NCBI GenBank assembly: GCA_965644495.1
Contig: CBFFSA010000004.1
Span: 806,001-870,000, forward strand
DNA from: Perkinsela sp. CCAP 1560/9
Taxonomy: Eukaryota > Protista > Euglenozoa: Kinetoplastea
DNA length: 64,000 bases
Reading direction: 5' to 3'
Shown here: piece after piece, positions 10,443 to 20,879 of the stretch
How the letters are laid out: each line of letters begins with the position of its first letter
Numbering within the stretch: the stretch's first letter is position 1
Notes under the pieces: generated by a model
Seen by the model: the letters and a program-made list of their open reading frames with translations, nothing else
Told to the model about the DNA's origin: nothing
Database searches by the model: none
Program-made: the position numbers and the translations under genes

Positions 10443-11657
10443 GGTGGGATTGAACGAATAATGTACACTTTTTTTAAATAATTTTAAATTTTTATGAAAT
10501 CCTTTTTTGTGTTTCCTAGGGTGATATGTATGAATTTTTTGGATTATTAGTCAATTTTTATCTTAAAATTACGGCTAGTATTGCTTCTCTAAGGTTTCAA
10601 TGAACTGCACAGGTTGCCCTCGTTTTGATTGCGCTGCTCAAATTCGCTTGACTTCAGTCGGCTCTGCCGCAGAGGAAACGTGTATGTTGTGGATGCGAAA
10701 CTACAAACTCACTGTACAAAGCGTTTCCTGCGAGCGTGGGCATGAGCGGGTACTGTGTAATCTGAAGGGAGGCAAGTTCCACTGCCCAGTACGCTCCTGC
10801 CGCAATTTGATGTCACAGGACGGTCCTCTCAAGCACTCAAAGACAAAGGTGTCCGCAAAGCAGATTCTAATTGGGATCGTTTCCTTTTCTTATAGCATGC
10901 TGGGAACAGAAGTTGCAAAGGAAGAAGAAGTCTCTCAAAGAACTGTAGTTTTGCAACGCCAAATTATCGAAAAATCATTGTCTGAGGTTCATAAAATCCG
11001 TCAGCGGAACGCCGAGGGAACAGTATCCTTTATGCAAGTCGATGAGACGTGGTTCTCAAAGATCAAGCGAGGGGGAAACAACCGAAACCAGCGGGTACGC
11101 GCTGGTGGTAGCCAGATAGTTCAGACTCTGGCCGAATGTACTCGTGACAGCAAGCTGACAGAGATACATGTCACGCCTGTGCCTCAAAAAAGCGCAGAAC
11201 ACTTAATTCCCCCCATCGAGGCTATGTGTGCCTCCTCGCGTACGCGGATCCATACCGACGGGGCCAGGCACAACAATTTTCTTGAAGGAAAGTATCAATG
11301 GGATTCGGTTATCCACAGAAATGAGTGGATCAGTGATTCCGGTGTGCACACTAACACCGTAGAAGGAGCAAACAGCATGTTGAAGAGAACTTTGACGCGT
11401 TGTGGCGGCCAACTTGGTAGAAGCAATGAAAACCGGCATGAGCGTGTGCGCGCCCTGGCAGAAAAATGTAACGGATCTCTACGGGTGAATGGAGCAAATG
11501 TTTTGAAGCGAGTTTTGGAGGATCTTCGCGTGTATTGTGCGCATTATGTTCTGCAGTAAGAAGCATTTTTTTTGTTAGATAATGATCGAAGGGAAAATAT
11601 CGTCTTTTTAAAAATTCTGAAAACTGAAATTTTGTACATTATTCGTTCAATCCGACC
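10443..11657 (+). mobile_element. Merlin (IS1595/IS1016-like) DNA transposon, structurally complete
   Basis: 25-bp TIRs GGTGGGATTGAACGAATAATGTACA / TGTACATTATTCGTTCAATCCGACC (1 mismatch). 8-bp TSD AAGTATAC at 10435-10442 and 11658-11665. Single intact transposase ORF. Confidence 0.95.
10600..11559 (+). CDS. Merlin/IS1595-family DDE transposase
   Basis: Cys-rich N-terminus, then MQVDETWF, IHTDGARH, VIH, GVHTNTVEGANSMLKR: the DDE_Tnp_IS1595 motif order. Confidence 0.92.
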   Translation: MNCTGCPRFDCAAQIRLTSVGSAAEETCMLWMRNYKLTVQSVSCERGHERVLCNLKGGKFHCPVRSCRNLMSQDGPLKHSKTKVSAKQILIGIVSFSYSMLGTEVAKEEEVSQRTVVLQRQIIEKSLSEVHKIRQRNAEGTVSFMQVDETWFSKIKRGGNNRNQRVRAGGSQIVQTLAECTRDSKLTEIHVTPVPQKSAEHLIPPIEAMCASSRTRIHTDGARHNNFLEGKYQWDSVIHRNEWISDSGVHTNTVEGANSMLKRTLTRCGGQLGRSNENRHERVRALAEKCNGSLRVNGANVLKRVLEDLRVYCAHYVLQ

Positions 11658-11739
11658 AAGTATACAAACAATGCGGAAATAGAATTTTAAAAAAGGCACC
11701 ACAATTTCCTCTAAATCGCGAAAAAAAACAGGTGGAAAA

Positions 11740-12522
11740 ATGTACAATAATTTCAAACAGGATTTCAGGTATAAATGTACTGCATGTGTAATTCTGACGA
11801 TGACTCATTCATACATATTGTATTATCTAGGTTTTACGGACAATCAAGCGTCGTCCAGAAAGTGGAGTGAGACCGAATCGCATGGATCGCCCGGCGCACT
11901 ACTCTCAGGGGCGAATCCCGATATTTCTCTCCACTCCCGACCCGCTAAAGTCAGTTGCGTTTCTTTGCCCGTTGAGTACGAATTAATGAAACTTGTACAA
12001 AGAGTGGTAGATCGTCCCACTACATGGAACCTGGAAACACCTGGTTGTAAATGGGTCGGAGTAGACTGTGACTTTAAAGGCAATGTGATTCGCATCAATT
12101 ATCCGGCAAGACACATACGGAATGAGTTAGATATAAGATTTTTGCCACAGACACTGAGACATTTCAACCTAAGTGCCAATAAGCTGTCCGGACGTTTTTC
12201 CTTCGTAAGCTTACCTTCGACCTTAACCTACCTTGCCATCAATCACAACGAGTTCAGCGGCGCCACAAATTTTCTCCTTTTGCCCCTTCTGCTAACACAT
12301 CTTGACATTGCGCATAACAAATTTGAAGGTGAGGTAGATTTCTCGGCACTTCCTCCTCCCTTAGTCCGCATTTTTCTTAATGACAATGTGAAACTGGAGG
12401 GCACAGTAGACGTGCAGTGTTCATTAAAAGGTATGTACTACAATATCGAAAACACAAAGATCATCGCACTCAACGGGCGGAGTCGCCGTCTTCTATATGA
12501 AAATTCGTTTTTCTTGTCATAG
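11740..12522 (+). CDS. Short leucine-rich repeat protein (LRR family copy 1; start codon uncertain)
   Basis: LRRNT-like CKWVGVDCD cap followed by ~24-aa LPxxLxxxxLxxNxFxG repeats. Confidence 0.85.
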   Translation: MYNNFKQDFRYKCTACVILTMTHSYILYYLGFTDNQASSRKWSETESHGSPGALLSGANPDISLHSRPAKVSCVSLPVEYELMKLVQRVVDRPTTWNLETPGCKWVGVDCDFKGNVIRINYPARHIRNELDIRFLPQTLRHFNLSANKLSGRFSFVSLPSTLTYLAINHNEFSGATNFLLLPLLLTHLDIAHNKFEGEVDFSALPPPLVRIFLNDNVKLEGTVDVQCSLKGMYYNIENTKIIALNGRSRRLLYENSFFLS

Positions 12523-12624
12523 TGCATAAAATGCAACGAGGGTGGGAAAGCGCATTTCTTTTCGAAACTTTATAGTTCCAACTGTTGAACTTCACTGGGA
12601 CTACTCCCCCTCTCATCAATAACG

Positions 12625-13130
12625 TTTTTAGGCTCCTCGTTAAACGCGGTGGTTGTTTTCAACTTAGAAGTCACTCATGCTGCTTCGCGTTGAAAACTAC
12701 CTCCGCGTTTAACGAAGAGCCTAAAAAAGAAAAATCGCCAAAAGATCATGAATAATCTATTTTTTTGGGTGAAAAAGCTGGATTTTTCAGGCAAAATGCG
12801 AAATTTCAAGCCGAATTTGGGCCGTTTTTGATGCCTTACCAGTAGGTGCAGGAGGCGAATCTGTCGAAAAAAACGTCGTAGAATGGTAGCCGAGGTGCAA
12901 AACTCTTAAAATACGTTTTAGGAGTCGATTTTAGAAAAATAATATTTTATTTTTATTTTTTTTTGGGTCAAATTTTCTTTTTTTTGGTCACCCCAAAAAT
13001 TTCGGAAATTTTGACCTTGTCGGATCCCTCCTGCGCGTACCAGGGGGGGGGGGTGGAAAATTATCGCCGCGGCCTACTCTACCACTTCCCTGCGCTCGAT
13101 TTTGAAAAGCCCCCATGGACCCCCCCATGG
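12625..13130 (+). repeat. Dispersed repeat (palindrome-ended family), copy with ~100-bp terminal palindrome at 12625-12727
   Basis: TAGGCTCCTCGTTAAACGCGG...CCGCGTTTAACGAAGAGCCTA palindrome. The whole segment matches the reverse complement of ~60200-60744. Confidence 0.88.
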
Positions 13131-13546
13131 ATGGATGGATGCCCGATTTTTGTGCCCGATTTCGTTTCAGGTGAGTTTTCGAACAAAATATTTAAAAAGA
13201 CGTAAGAATCGAATTGAGTGACAAGATCAATAGTTTTTCAAGAATTCCGGTAGGTACCCGCTGCCCGCCCCCCTCCCCACCAGGGTGATCATAGCAATCT
13301 TTGAAATTTATATACCCGTATACTCTTTGGTTTCATTTGATATTTATTCACCCTGTCCCGGTAATGAACCTACAAAGGCCAAAATTTACCTGGAAGCGTG
13401 TGACACGCAAGGCCGTAGAGGAAGGAGGAGGCGCAAGGCAAAAAGACAGAAGGAGGAGCCTTCTGTCTTTTTGCCGCGGCGACGACGACTTCTTCGCGTG
13501 GGAAGCTGTAAGGGAACCTAAGGAGCATGTTCCGATGGCTATGTAA

Positions 13547-13736
13547 CCCAGGCTAAAGTGGACGATGGAGATACTAAAGGCACCTTTGTAAAACCACCTC
13601 AAAACTGGAATGGTATCGCCCGGTTTGTAGAGCAATCTGATGTGACAAAAGGGTCTCTAACGGGGGATACCATTCCAGTTTTGAGGTGGTTTTCCAAAGG
13701 TGACTTTCGTATCTCCCTCGTCCACTTCAGCCTGGG
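13547..13736. mobile_element. 190-bp hairpin MITE (~75-bp arms, CCC...GGG ends, piggyBac-like)
   Basis: CCCAGGCTAAAGTGGACGATGGAGATAC...CTGGAATGGTATC pairs with GATACCATTCCAG...GTATCTCCCTCGTCCACTTCAGCCTGGG. Flanks GTAA/TTTA could be a degenerate TTAA. Confidence 0.8.
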
Positions 13737-13962
13737 TTTATTAATGAGAGGGCGATGTTCCTTCGCAATTTGCAGCTAGTGGTGAGATAACCAGCTTGGT
13801 GAGAGATCATTTCGCATTTTACCTTGGCAAAGCTGTGTTTACAAGAGAATTTTTTCTCGGAAAGTCAAAATTTGAGTCTTTCGATTCCTAGGGGGGTACG
13901 GCGGGTATGCAAAATGTGGAGGTATCTTGAACGATTAAAATTACATGAACGATTGAAAATAC

Positions 13963-14742
13963 ATGCCACCCCGTCATTTATTAATTTTTCCTCATTTTTT
14001 AAGCAACATTTTGTGCACTTTCGTATTCACGTATTTCGCTCCAATTGTGATGTTACCCTTGCTCCAGCTTGCTGATGACGCGGAGAAATCAACGGGTTGT
14101 GAGAAAAAACAAATGAGCACAACAGATCAGCCTGTATGTCATTCTCTACCTGCGAAAATCAGCTCTATTTTGTTGCCTCCTGAGCATGAGTTATCACGTT
14201 TGTTCAAAGATGCAGAAAACCTACACGTTTCATGGACAACAAATACTTCCCTGGAACATTGGCATGGTATTGACTGCGACACAGAGCGTAACATAAAAAG
14301 AATACACTGGCCTGGTTTAGGTTTGCGTGGGGTACTGCACTGGGAACACTTACCCACTCATCTTTGGTACTTCAACATTGCGGATAACAACCTTTTTGGG
14401 GAAGTGCCGTTTGATTGCTTACCTGCTACTCTAGAATCGCTCTATCTCTACATGAACCAGTTTTACGGTAGTAGCTTGAAGTTGTCAAGTTTGCCACAGG
14501 ATCTTGAGGAACTTTCGTTGGCTGCCAATTGTTTCGAAGGCCTTGTTGATTTCGATTTGCTTCCAATATCGTTACGCTTGCTACATTTACAGCACAACCC
14601 AAAACTTGAAGGCACGTTTGATGCAGTTGAATGGCGTGATTTGATCTACGATTTTAGAGCGACGAAAATATCGTCCAGTAACGGTATATTGCGACGTAGA
14701 TCGCCCGAATTTGATCATATCGATGCCTTTTATGAGGACTAA
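13963..14742 (+). CDS. Short LRR protein (copy 2; alternative start ATG 14050)
   Basis: WHGIDCD cap, LPxxL..NxFxG repeats, N-terminal HSLPAKI..LPPEHEL motif shared with the other copies. Confidence 0.87.
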   Translation: MPPRHLLIFPHFLSNILCTFVFTYFAPIVMLPLLQLADDAEKSTGCEKKQMSTTDQPVCHSLPAKISSILLPPEHELSRLFKDAENLHVSWTTNTSLEHWHGIDCDTERNIKRIHWPGLGLRGVLHWEHLPTHLWYFNIADNNLFGEVPFDCLPATLESLYLYMNQFYGSSLKLSSLPQDLEELSLAANCFEGLVDFDLLPISLRLLHLQHNPKLEGTFDAVEWRDLIYDFRATKISSSNGILRRRSPEFDHIDAFYED

Positions 14743-15302
14743 ACGACCTACATATTTACGAAAGACAGGATTTCTGAGAAGGGGTGTCGGGGGGAACATA
14801 AGTTGAGTCAACATTGTGTTAATTTTTGAGGTTAACAAGTAAGGGGGATTATACTCTTTTGCCATGAATCCTTTTCCGAGTACTATAGTGATAGGCTTTG
14901 GCAAAACAAAGGGCTGATGGACACTTTCAGAAAGAATAAATAAATTGTTGATTCTTAGAGATTTAGATTTTTGAAGAAGATTGGGCAAGCAAACCGCGAA
15001 CACGTCCTGGTGACCATCGGGTTTCCCATCCAACCTGGAAACGCCCAGATGCCCCGCACAGCCTCGTGCGCGGCAGATTGGGATGAGAGGGGAGAACTCA
15101 CTCGTAGGATTAATTTACAGTCATGATTATTTATGAATTGAATGTCTTATTTATGAAAGTTTATAAATTATTCCTAGAAATGTTTTTATGGTTCGGTTAG
15201 TTTTGTTCTTGCAACTAGTAGTAGTATACATGTAATTCTTCACAGCGAAATAGATCCTTTTTCCATTCTTTAACATGCTGTCTGATACGCTCTCAATATA
15301 AT

Positions 15303-16439
15303 ATGGCGATCAAGGACCATTTTCCCGATTTTGTTGCCCGTCGCTCACGGTATCACAAAATTTCGCACAGTAGTGAGAATTTAAGTGATGTTGAAGCACA
15401 AAGCGGGGAATTTGAAACAAAGTCAAAAGATAGAAATACATTGAGTTCTTCACCTTCGAGGTCACTAATCACCATTGACGAGGTTAGCACTCCTTGTGAT
15501 GCATCCTGGAAAATCGAATCCTTTTATAGAGCACAGCTCAGCGGTTTGCTTCCAAGCGTACCACAGTTTTGCATTGAGCTTATCGTTGCTTTGCGTATAG
15601 GGGTTGAAGAAGTAAGCGAAAAGTTAGACAGCTTACTCCAGTTACAAAGGGCACACTTAACTATCCATTTTCGTTCACCAGCAGAACGCGATCAAGAAGA
15701 AAGGAACATTGAACATTTTACAGAGACTATTTCAGACTCTTTCAAAGCACTCGAAAGGAAACTGCATAAACTTGAGCGTGAAATCGAAAAAAATAAAAGC
15801 CTCATTCTTTTCGGAACGCAACACACGCTCGTTTCCAATATAAGAAAAGCAATCGTCATAAAAGCTGGAAAAATATCACGACTGTTTCGCGAGCACCAAG
15901 CGGAGTATCTATCAGACCTTCGTTCTCACAAAGCAAAGGTAGCGAAGTTTCGCCAGGGAGTTCTAGGGGAAAGACCTGTAAGCTTTGCTGTGAACGTAGA
16001 CAACTGCGACGCAAAGGAGCGCGCGACGCTTGATACTAAGGAAGACTCCTTTGAAAATGATTTTGAAAAGTTGGATCGCTTAGAGCAGCTCGACCGTTAT
16101 GAGGCCGAGGGGATGTCTACAGAGGAAGCACAGGCAATGCTTCTGCAGCAACAAGAGCTTCAGAGGAATGACACAGAACTGCTACGGATACGAAAGTCAA
16201 TACGATCTGTGCACGATCTGTTCTCTACTGTCAATTCTTTTGTAACGGAGCAGGGAACTTTGCTGGACCGGATCGACTGTAACCTTACGATGACTCGGGA
16301 TCATGTGACTTCTGGAGTTCAAGAGCTAATCAAAACAAGAAAGTACCAGAGACAGACAAAGTACAAGCTCATCTTTTTGCTTATATTTGTTTTGATTCTT
16401 AGTGCCGTAGTATTAATAGGGGTTCGCGTTGCAAAGTAG
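15303..16439 (+). CDS. STX16: Qa-SNARE, syntaxin 16/Tlg2-like
   Basis: Habc region with the F.S...RDQEERNIE motif, SNARE motif IRSVHDLF..VTEQGTLLDRIDCN and a C-terminal TM anchor. Confidence 0.88.
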   Translation: MAIKDHFPDFVARRSRYHKISHSSENLSDVEAQSGEFETKSKDRNTLSSSPSRSLITIDEVSTPCDASWKIESFYRAQLSGLLPSVPQFCIELIVALRIGVEEVSEKLDSLLQLQRAHLTIHFRSPAERDQEERNIEHFTETISDSFKALERKLHKLEREIEKNKSLILFGTQHTLVSNIRKAIVIKAGKISRLFREHQAEYLSDLRSHKAKVAKFRQGVLGERPVSFAVNVDNCDAKERATLDTKEDSFENDFEKLDRLEQLDRYEAEGMSTEEAQAMLLQQQELQRNDTELLRIRKSIRSVHDLFSTVNSFVTEQGTLLDRIDCNLTMTRDHVTSGVQELIKTRKYQRQTKYKLIFLLIFVLILSAVVLIGVRVAK

Positions 16440-16661
16440 AATACAAAGATAAGATGACTTGCACACACTTCACCTCGGCATTTATTCCATCTCAAGGAAG
16501 TTTCGCAACATTTCGGAACCAAGCTCGTTATTAAGGTGTGTCAGATTTACCTCACACTTACCTTTCTTCCTCTCTTTTATCCTTTTTTCCGGATATCCAA
16601 TTCTCGCATTATTCCTCTCTCCAACCTCTACCACTTTCCTCCACCCTCACCCCCTCCCCCC

Positions 16662-17267
16662 ATGGACACCCCCATCCACAAATACTACGTCGGCACGCAA
16701 ACCACCCGGGACCAAGCCCACCGGTTCATGGACCGCGCCCTACGGGACTACGCCCCCACGCTCCTCACCATTGTCGACGAGTTTGCAAAGCCCGCGACGG
16801 GAACCGGAGATAAGCACTTCGACTCAAAAACTGAAATGTCTCCCTCCCCCCCCAGACTGCCGTATCTTCCTCTGGTCGTGGCCGTGACCCCCCCGGGGGT
16901 TGTGCGGGATGTGCTCAACACGTTATGGGGGGTGCAGTCCCCTCCCGGGGATGGGGCCATGGCCCCGGGGCGTGCCGAACTGAACCCCGAGGCCCTGGAG
17001 GGGCTGCTGCGGCGCCACCCCGAGCGCGGCTCGGAGGTCCGGGAACTGTGTGTCCTGTTAGCGAAGTTTGCCGCGTCCGGGGTGCGGGTGTTCTTTGTGT
17101 GGACCACCGACGGGGCGCTGCTTCCGGTGGTGGGGGGGAGCGGGGGGGAGGGGGGGGAGGAGGGGGAGGGGTGGGAAAAGCTCAGCGCGCGGGATGTTTC
17201 GCGGTTGACGGGGATTATGAATCGGGTGCTGGCGGCGGAGGGGAGGCGGATAACGCCGAAATCGTAG
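16662..17267 (+). CDS. Hypothetical protein (~201 aa from ATG 16662)
   Basis: Open frame on the gene-bearing strand filling the gap between STX16 and RRP1, with alternating helix/strand-like segments. No recognised motif. Confidence 0.6.
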   Translation: MDTPIHKYYVGTQTTRDQAHRFMDRALRDYAPTLLTIVDEFAKPATGTGDKHFDSKTEMSPSPPRLPYLPLVVAVTPPGVVRDVLNTLWGVQSPPGDGAMAPGRAELNPEALEGLLRRHPERGSEVRELCVLLAKFAASGVRVFFVWTTDGALLPVVGGSGGEGGEEGEGWEKLSARDVSRLTGIMNRVLAAEGRRITPKS

Positions 17268-17408
17268 GAAGGGCGGGGAGGTTGTATTTTTTGAGGGGCG
17301 TTCATCGTGGTGGGGATGGCAAAGAATGTGAACGGAAGTAAACATTTACGTGAGTTTAAGGCATGTATATTCACCATTTAGACGTTAGATCTAATTTATA
17401 AAAACAGT

Positions 17409-18374
17409 ATGACACGACAAAAACGGAAAGCTGGAGGTGCGCAGCCTCCGACAAAGCCTCCAATATATGAGAACGTTCTCTTGCAACAGGACATCGATAC
17501 AAGCTCCGTGAAGATGTTGTGCCAACGATTAAGCAGTAGTGATGTTAGACTACGGGATCGAGCCCTTGAGAGAGTTCCTGCGATGTTGAGTGCAAGAGTA
17601 AGACAGGCGGTAGACGACACACGTGCGGAGGTGTGGGACATGCTGGAGGAGGACATGAAGTACCTGTGGAAGGGTTTATTCTTTTATTACTACCACACGG
17701 ATGGCTGGAAAGCCCAGGATGCTGCCGCTGACACGATCACCCGGTGGACGTCTGAAGTGTTCTCTAAGGAAACTACTTTGAAGTCGTGCGTGTTGTGGGC
17801 AAAGGTAGGCTGGGTTGCACTTACGCGCGAGTGGCCTCACATCGATAAGTGGAGATTGAACAAGTACATGTACTTTGTGCGACGATATGTTTTCCATCTT
17901 TTGCGAACTATCCCAATCGACGAGTTCAGCACCCTCGTTCGAAGTTTATTCGCTCATGACGATGTACAGGACCTTTGTATGCATGTCGTTGACGTGCTTC
18001 TTGACGAGTGTTTGCGAGCCCCTAGACTTTCCAATGGCGTGCTTGACGAAGTGTTGGAGACTGTCGTCCTACGGACATTGACAAGACATCCGAATCGAGC
18101 ACTGCTCAATCGCATTGAGGTCTGGGTTCTGAAGCCATTAAAACGATTATGCTTCGAAATAGAATCCCCAGAAACAGACCCAAAAACTGCGTCAAAAAAT
18201 CTGTCAGTGCCCCAACAGGAGCAAACTACGTCTCGTAGTCATCTCATTAAGACAGTACGCACTCTGGTTAAGAAAATGAAACATTCTATTATTGATCCTG
18301 ACACATTAGATGCAAATCGATCTAATTTAATTCGCCTACATAAAGATCTCTCCTTAAAAGTCCTGGACGAGTGA
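17409..18374 (+). CDS. RRP1: Nucleolar rRNA-processing protein Rrp1/Nop52
   Basis: LSSSDVRLRDRAL, LWKGLFFYYYHTD..KAQ and REWPHIDKWRLNKYMYFVRRY match the Nop52 domain. Confidence 0.92.
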   Translation: MTRQKRKAGGAQPPTKPPIYENVLLQQDIDTSSVKMLCQRLSSSDVRLRDRALERVPAMLSARVRQAVDDTRAEVWDMLEEDMKYLWKGLFFYYYHTDGWKAQDAAADTITRWTSEVFSKETTLKSCVLWAKVGWVALTREWPHIDKWRLNKYMYFVRRYVFHLLRTIPIDEFSTLVRSLFAHDDVQDLCMHVVDVLLDECLRAPRLSNGVLDEVLETVVLRTLTRHPNRALLNRIEVWVLKPLKRLCFEIESPETDPKTASKNLSVPQQEQTTSRSHLIKTVRTLVKKMKHSIIDPDTLDANRSNLIRLHKDLSLKVLDE

Positions 18375-18862
18375 AGCTAAGAGATTTCATGACATTTTTG
18401 GGGCGAAGTACGAAAACGTAGTGTGAGCTGTGCGTGCTTTGCTGTGGCCTATGAAATGACGCAAAACTTGTTCATGCGAAATCATTTTAAAGGTCCGGAC
18501 GTGTATCTGAACACTTCCCCCATAAGTCAATGGCCTGTATTCCATGGTTTGACACGAAAAGCTGAACGCTATCGGATAAACTGATTTCTGTTATGAATAG
18601 TACAATACATTAAATGGAAAAACAAAAGAATGTCATTTGCTCTTGCAAGTAAGAAAACTTAGCTTCTTTTCTGAAGTAGGACTACATTGGATGTTGTCTT
18701 TTTGAAAGATTAGAAAAGTTTTTTTCTCAATAGTCCCCATGGCCTGGTCACAGGCTAATTTGCATGATGTTTCGAGTTTACCAATTTTTGCATGGTGTAT
18801 CAAGTTAGCATGTCTGAGCTGACACCCTTGCTCAGGAATTCAGCGACATTGCAGTGAAGTTG

Positions 18863-20710
18863 ATGAACGCTGGTAGACCTTTTCGTGTTCTATGCATCGA
18901 CGGAGGTGGAGTAAGGGGTTTGGTTCCAGCTGTGATTCTTCTTCATATGGAAAGGTACGCAGGCCGACCGATCTACGAAATGTTTGATCTTGTTGCAGGA
19001 ACCAGCACTGGCGCACTTTTGGCGAGTATGGTGGTCTCTCGGCACCGGGACACTCCTGGTCACGTGCGTGATTTATGGAAGGCTGAAAATATGGTGAAGT
19101 TTTATTGCAATATGGCTCCCCAAATATTTCCTACTTATGAGTCGGATTCTGAGCCTCTTCAATCCAGCGTTTCTTCGTGTGAAAGTTGTGCAACAGATAA
19201 AGAGAGGACTCAGTACGAAAGAAATCAGAGCAATAATCATACGAAAAATAGAACAAAAAACTTCAATGTTCTCAGAAGGCCCTTAAAAGTAACGTCAGGA
19301 AACAGAAATTCTCGTGTACGTATTGTGCGTCGCCTTTCGGACAGGAAAGTGTTACATATCCGTTCACCTCCAATGCGGTTCAATTCTGGATCACTCGTAA
19401 TATCTGAGCTGAGAAGACGAAATAGAATAATTTTAAACAGATACTCTAGGAGGGACAAGAACAATCCACCATGGTCTACACTGTTCGAGCCATTTCTTTC
19501 CATGTTCCAATCGCGCCTTCCCAAACAGCCCAACATGTCGCACCCACAATATAAGAATATTCCTAATACACGAGTGAAGAAAAAGGAAACGTTTGATTCC
19601 CCCCCCTTCTCCGTGGAAGAACCCATTACTTTGCACACCACTGCATGTGAGGAAACCAAGCTCGCGGATCGTATTCTGTACACCGAGGCGGATGTCTGGG
19701 TACGACGGTTTACAAATCTCAATGCCTCCTCGCTTCACTCCGTAAAAGAATCACTCAAGAGCACCACGGCCGTGGCGCCCAGTGCCGTCGCCCAGTCCGT
19801 TACTCGGCTGGTCGACAAAGTCCGATCTCGAAGCACTCGACTTATCCGCCCAGCGTACTGTTCCCGACGTCTCGAGGAGTTGCTTTTGGAATTTTGCGGA
19901 GACGACACTTTGCTGGACTTAAGAAAGCCTTTATTGGTTCCCGCGTATAATATCACAAAGCATCGTCCAGCGTTATTCTCAACAGGACGCTGCCTGAGTC
20001 GTGAAATCGCAAATGGGATGTACCACTCAAAGCGAAAAACAGGCCATAAGGTATCGAAAGATCTGAACGGCAGAGAGAAAACAAATAGGGAGGAAATAAG
20101 CGAAGGAACCGACAAAGAAATGGATCACATCTCAGTTAATTATTACCTTCGCGACGTTCTGCGCGCGACGTGCGCTGCACCCACTTTTTTTGCACCTCAT
20201 AATATTAACGGAGACGCGTACGTTGACGGGTGTGTGTATGCGAACAACCCGGCACTGCTAGCTTTACTTGAAGCCCAGCAACCGGGCAGAAGCATGGGGT
20301 CCTCCATGGTGGTCGTCTCCTTGGGGACAGGACGTCACGTACAACCGATATTACCGAAAGAAAGCGCCTCCTGGGGCGTCCTGCAGTGGGCTTCCCCTGC
20401 GGTTGATATCTTCGTAGACAGCAGTTCTGAAATGGTGCATCGCCAGATGACGCAACTACTGGGGAACGTCCATCAACAAAAGCTAAGCGTTCAGAGCCAA
20501 CATAGCCAAAAACGTGTTTGTTCAAGCAATTTTTGCGGCTCACAATATTTTCGGTTTCAACCCCCTCTGCCCCCGGAACGAGGACCTATTGATAATGCGG
20601 AAGGTGAAAACATGAGAGCGTTGAAGACCTGCGCTGAAAAGTATTTAAGTAGTAACAAGGAAGAGTTCGACAGAATGATGCAAACTCTACTTGCTTTAAT
20701 GAAAACGTGA
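18863..20710 (+). CDS. Patatin-like phospholipase with large internal insertions
   Basis: DGGGVRG, GTSTG nucleophile elbow, ATCAAPTFF, YVDGCVYANNP, SLGTG. First ATG at 18863. Confidence 0.92.
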   Translation: MNAGRPFRVLCIDGGGVRGLVPAVILLHMERYAGRPIYEMFDLVAGTSTGALLASMVVSRHRDTPGHVRDLWKAENMVKFYCNMAPQIFPTYESDSEPLQSSVSSCESCATDKERTQYERNQSNNHTKNRTKNFNVLRRPLKVTSGNRNSRVRIVRRLSDRKVLHIRSPPMRFNSGSLVISELRRRNRIILNRYSRRDKNNPPWSTLFEPFLSMFQSRLPKQPNMSHPQYKNIPNTRVKKKETFDSPPFSVEEPITLHTTACEETKLADRILYTEADVWVRRFTNLNASSLHSVKESLKSTTAVAPSAVAQSVTRLVDKVRSRSTRLIRPAYCSRRLEELLLEFCGDDTLLDLRKPLLVPAYNITKHRPALFSTGRCLSREIANGMYHSKRKTGHKVSKDLNGREKTNREEISEGTDKEMDHISVNYYLRDVLRATCAAPTFFAPHNINGDAYVDGCVYANNPALLALLEAQQPGRSMGSSMVVVSLGTGRHVQPILPKESASWGVLQWASPAVDIFVDSSSEMVHRQMTQLLGNVHQQKLSVQSQHSQKRVCSSNFCGSQYFRFQPPLPPERGPIDNAEGENMRALKTCAEKYLSSNKEEFDRMMQTLLALMKT

Positions 20711-20879
20711 CATGTCTGCGAAAGGTCTTACCTAGAGGCATACATGTACGTTTTCTGGTACGAATCATATCAATAATATTACTGGGGCCCAATATATTCA
20801 CGAGAAATACTCTGTATCTTTGTGATTAGTGTATCTTAATGCGAAAATAGGCAACCAATTATTCTAACAGTACTCTATC

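Noticed and set aside
16600-17330. C-rich and G-rich halves of skew islands as true inverted repeats
   Set aside because: Only compositional complementarity. No extended sequence-specific pairing was seen.
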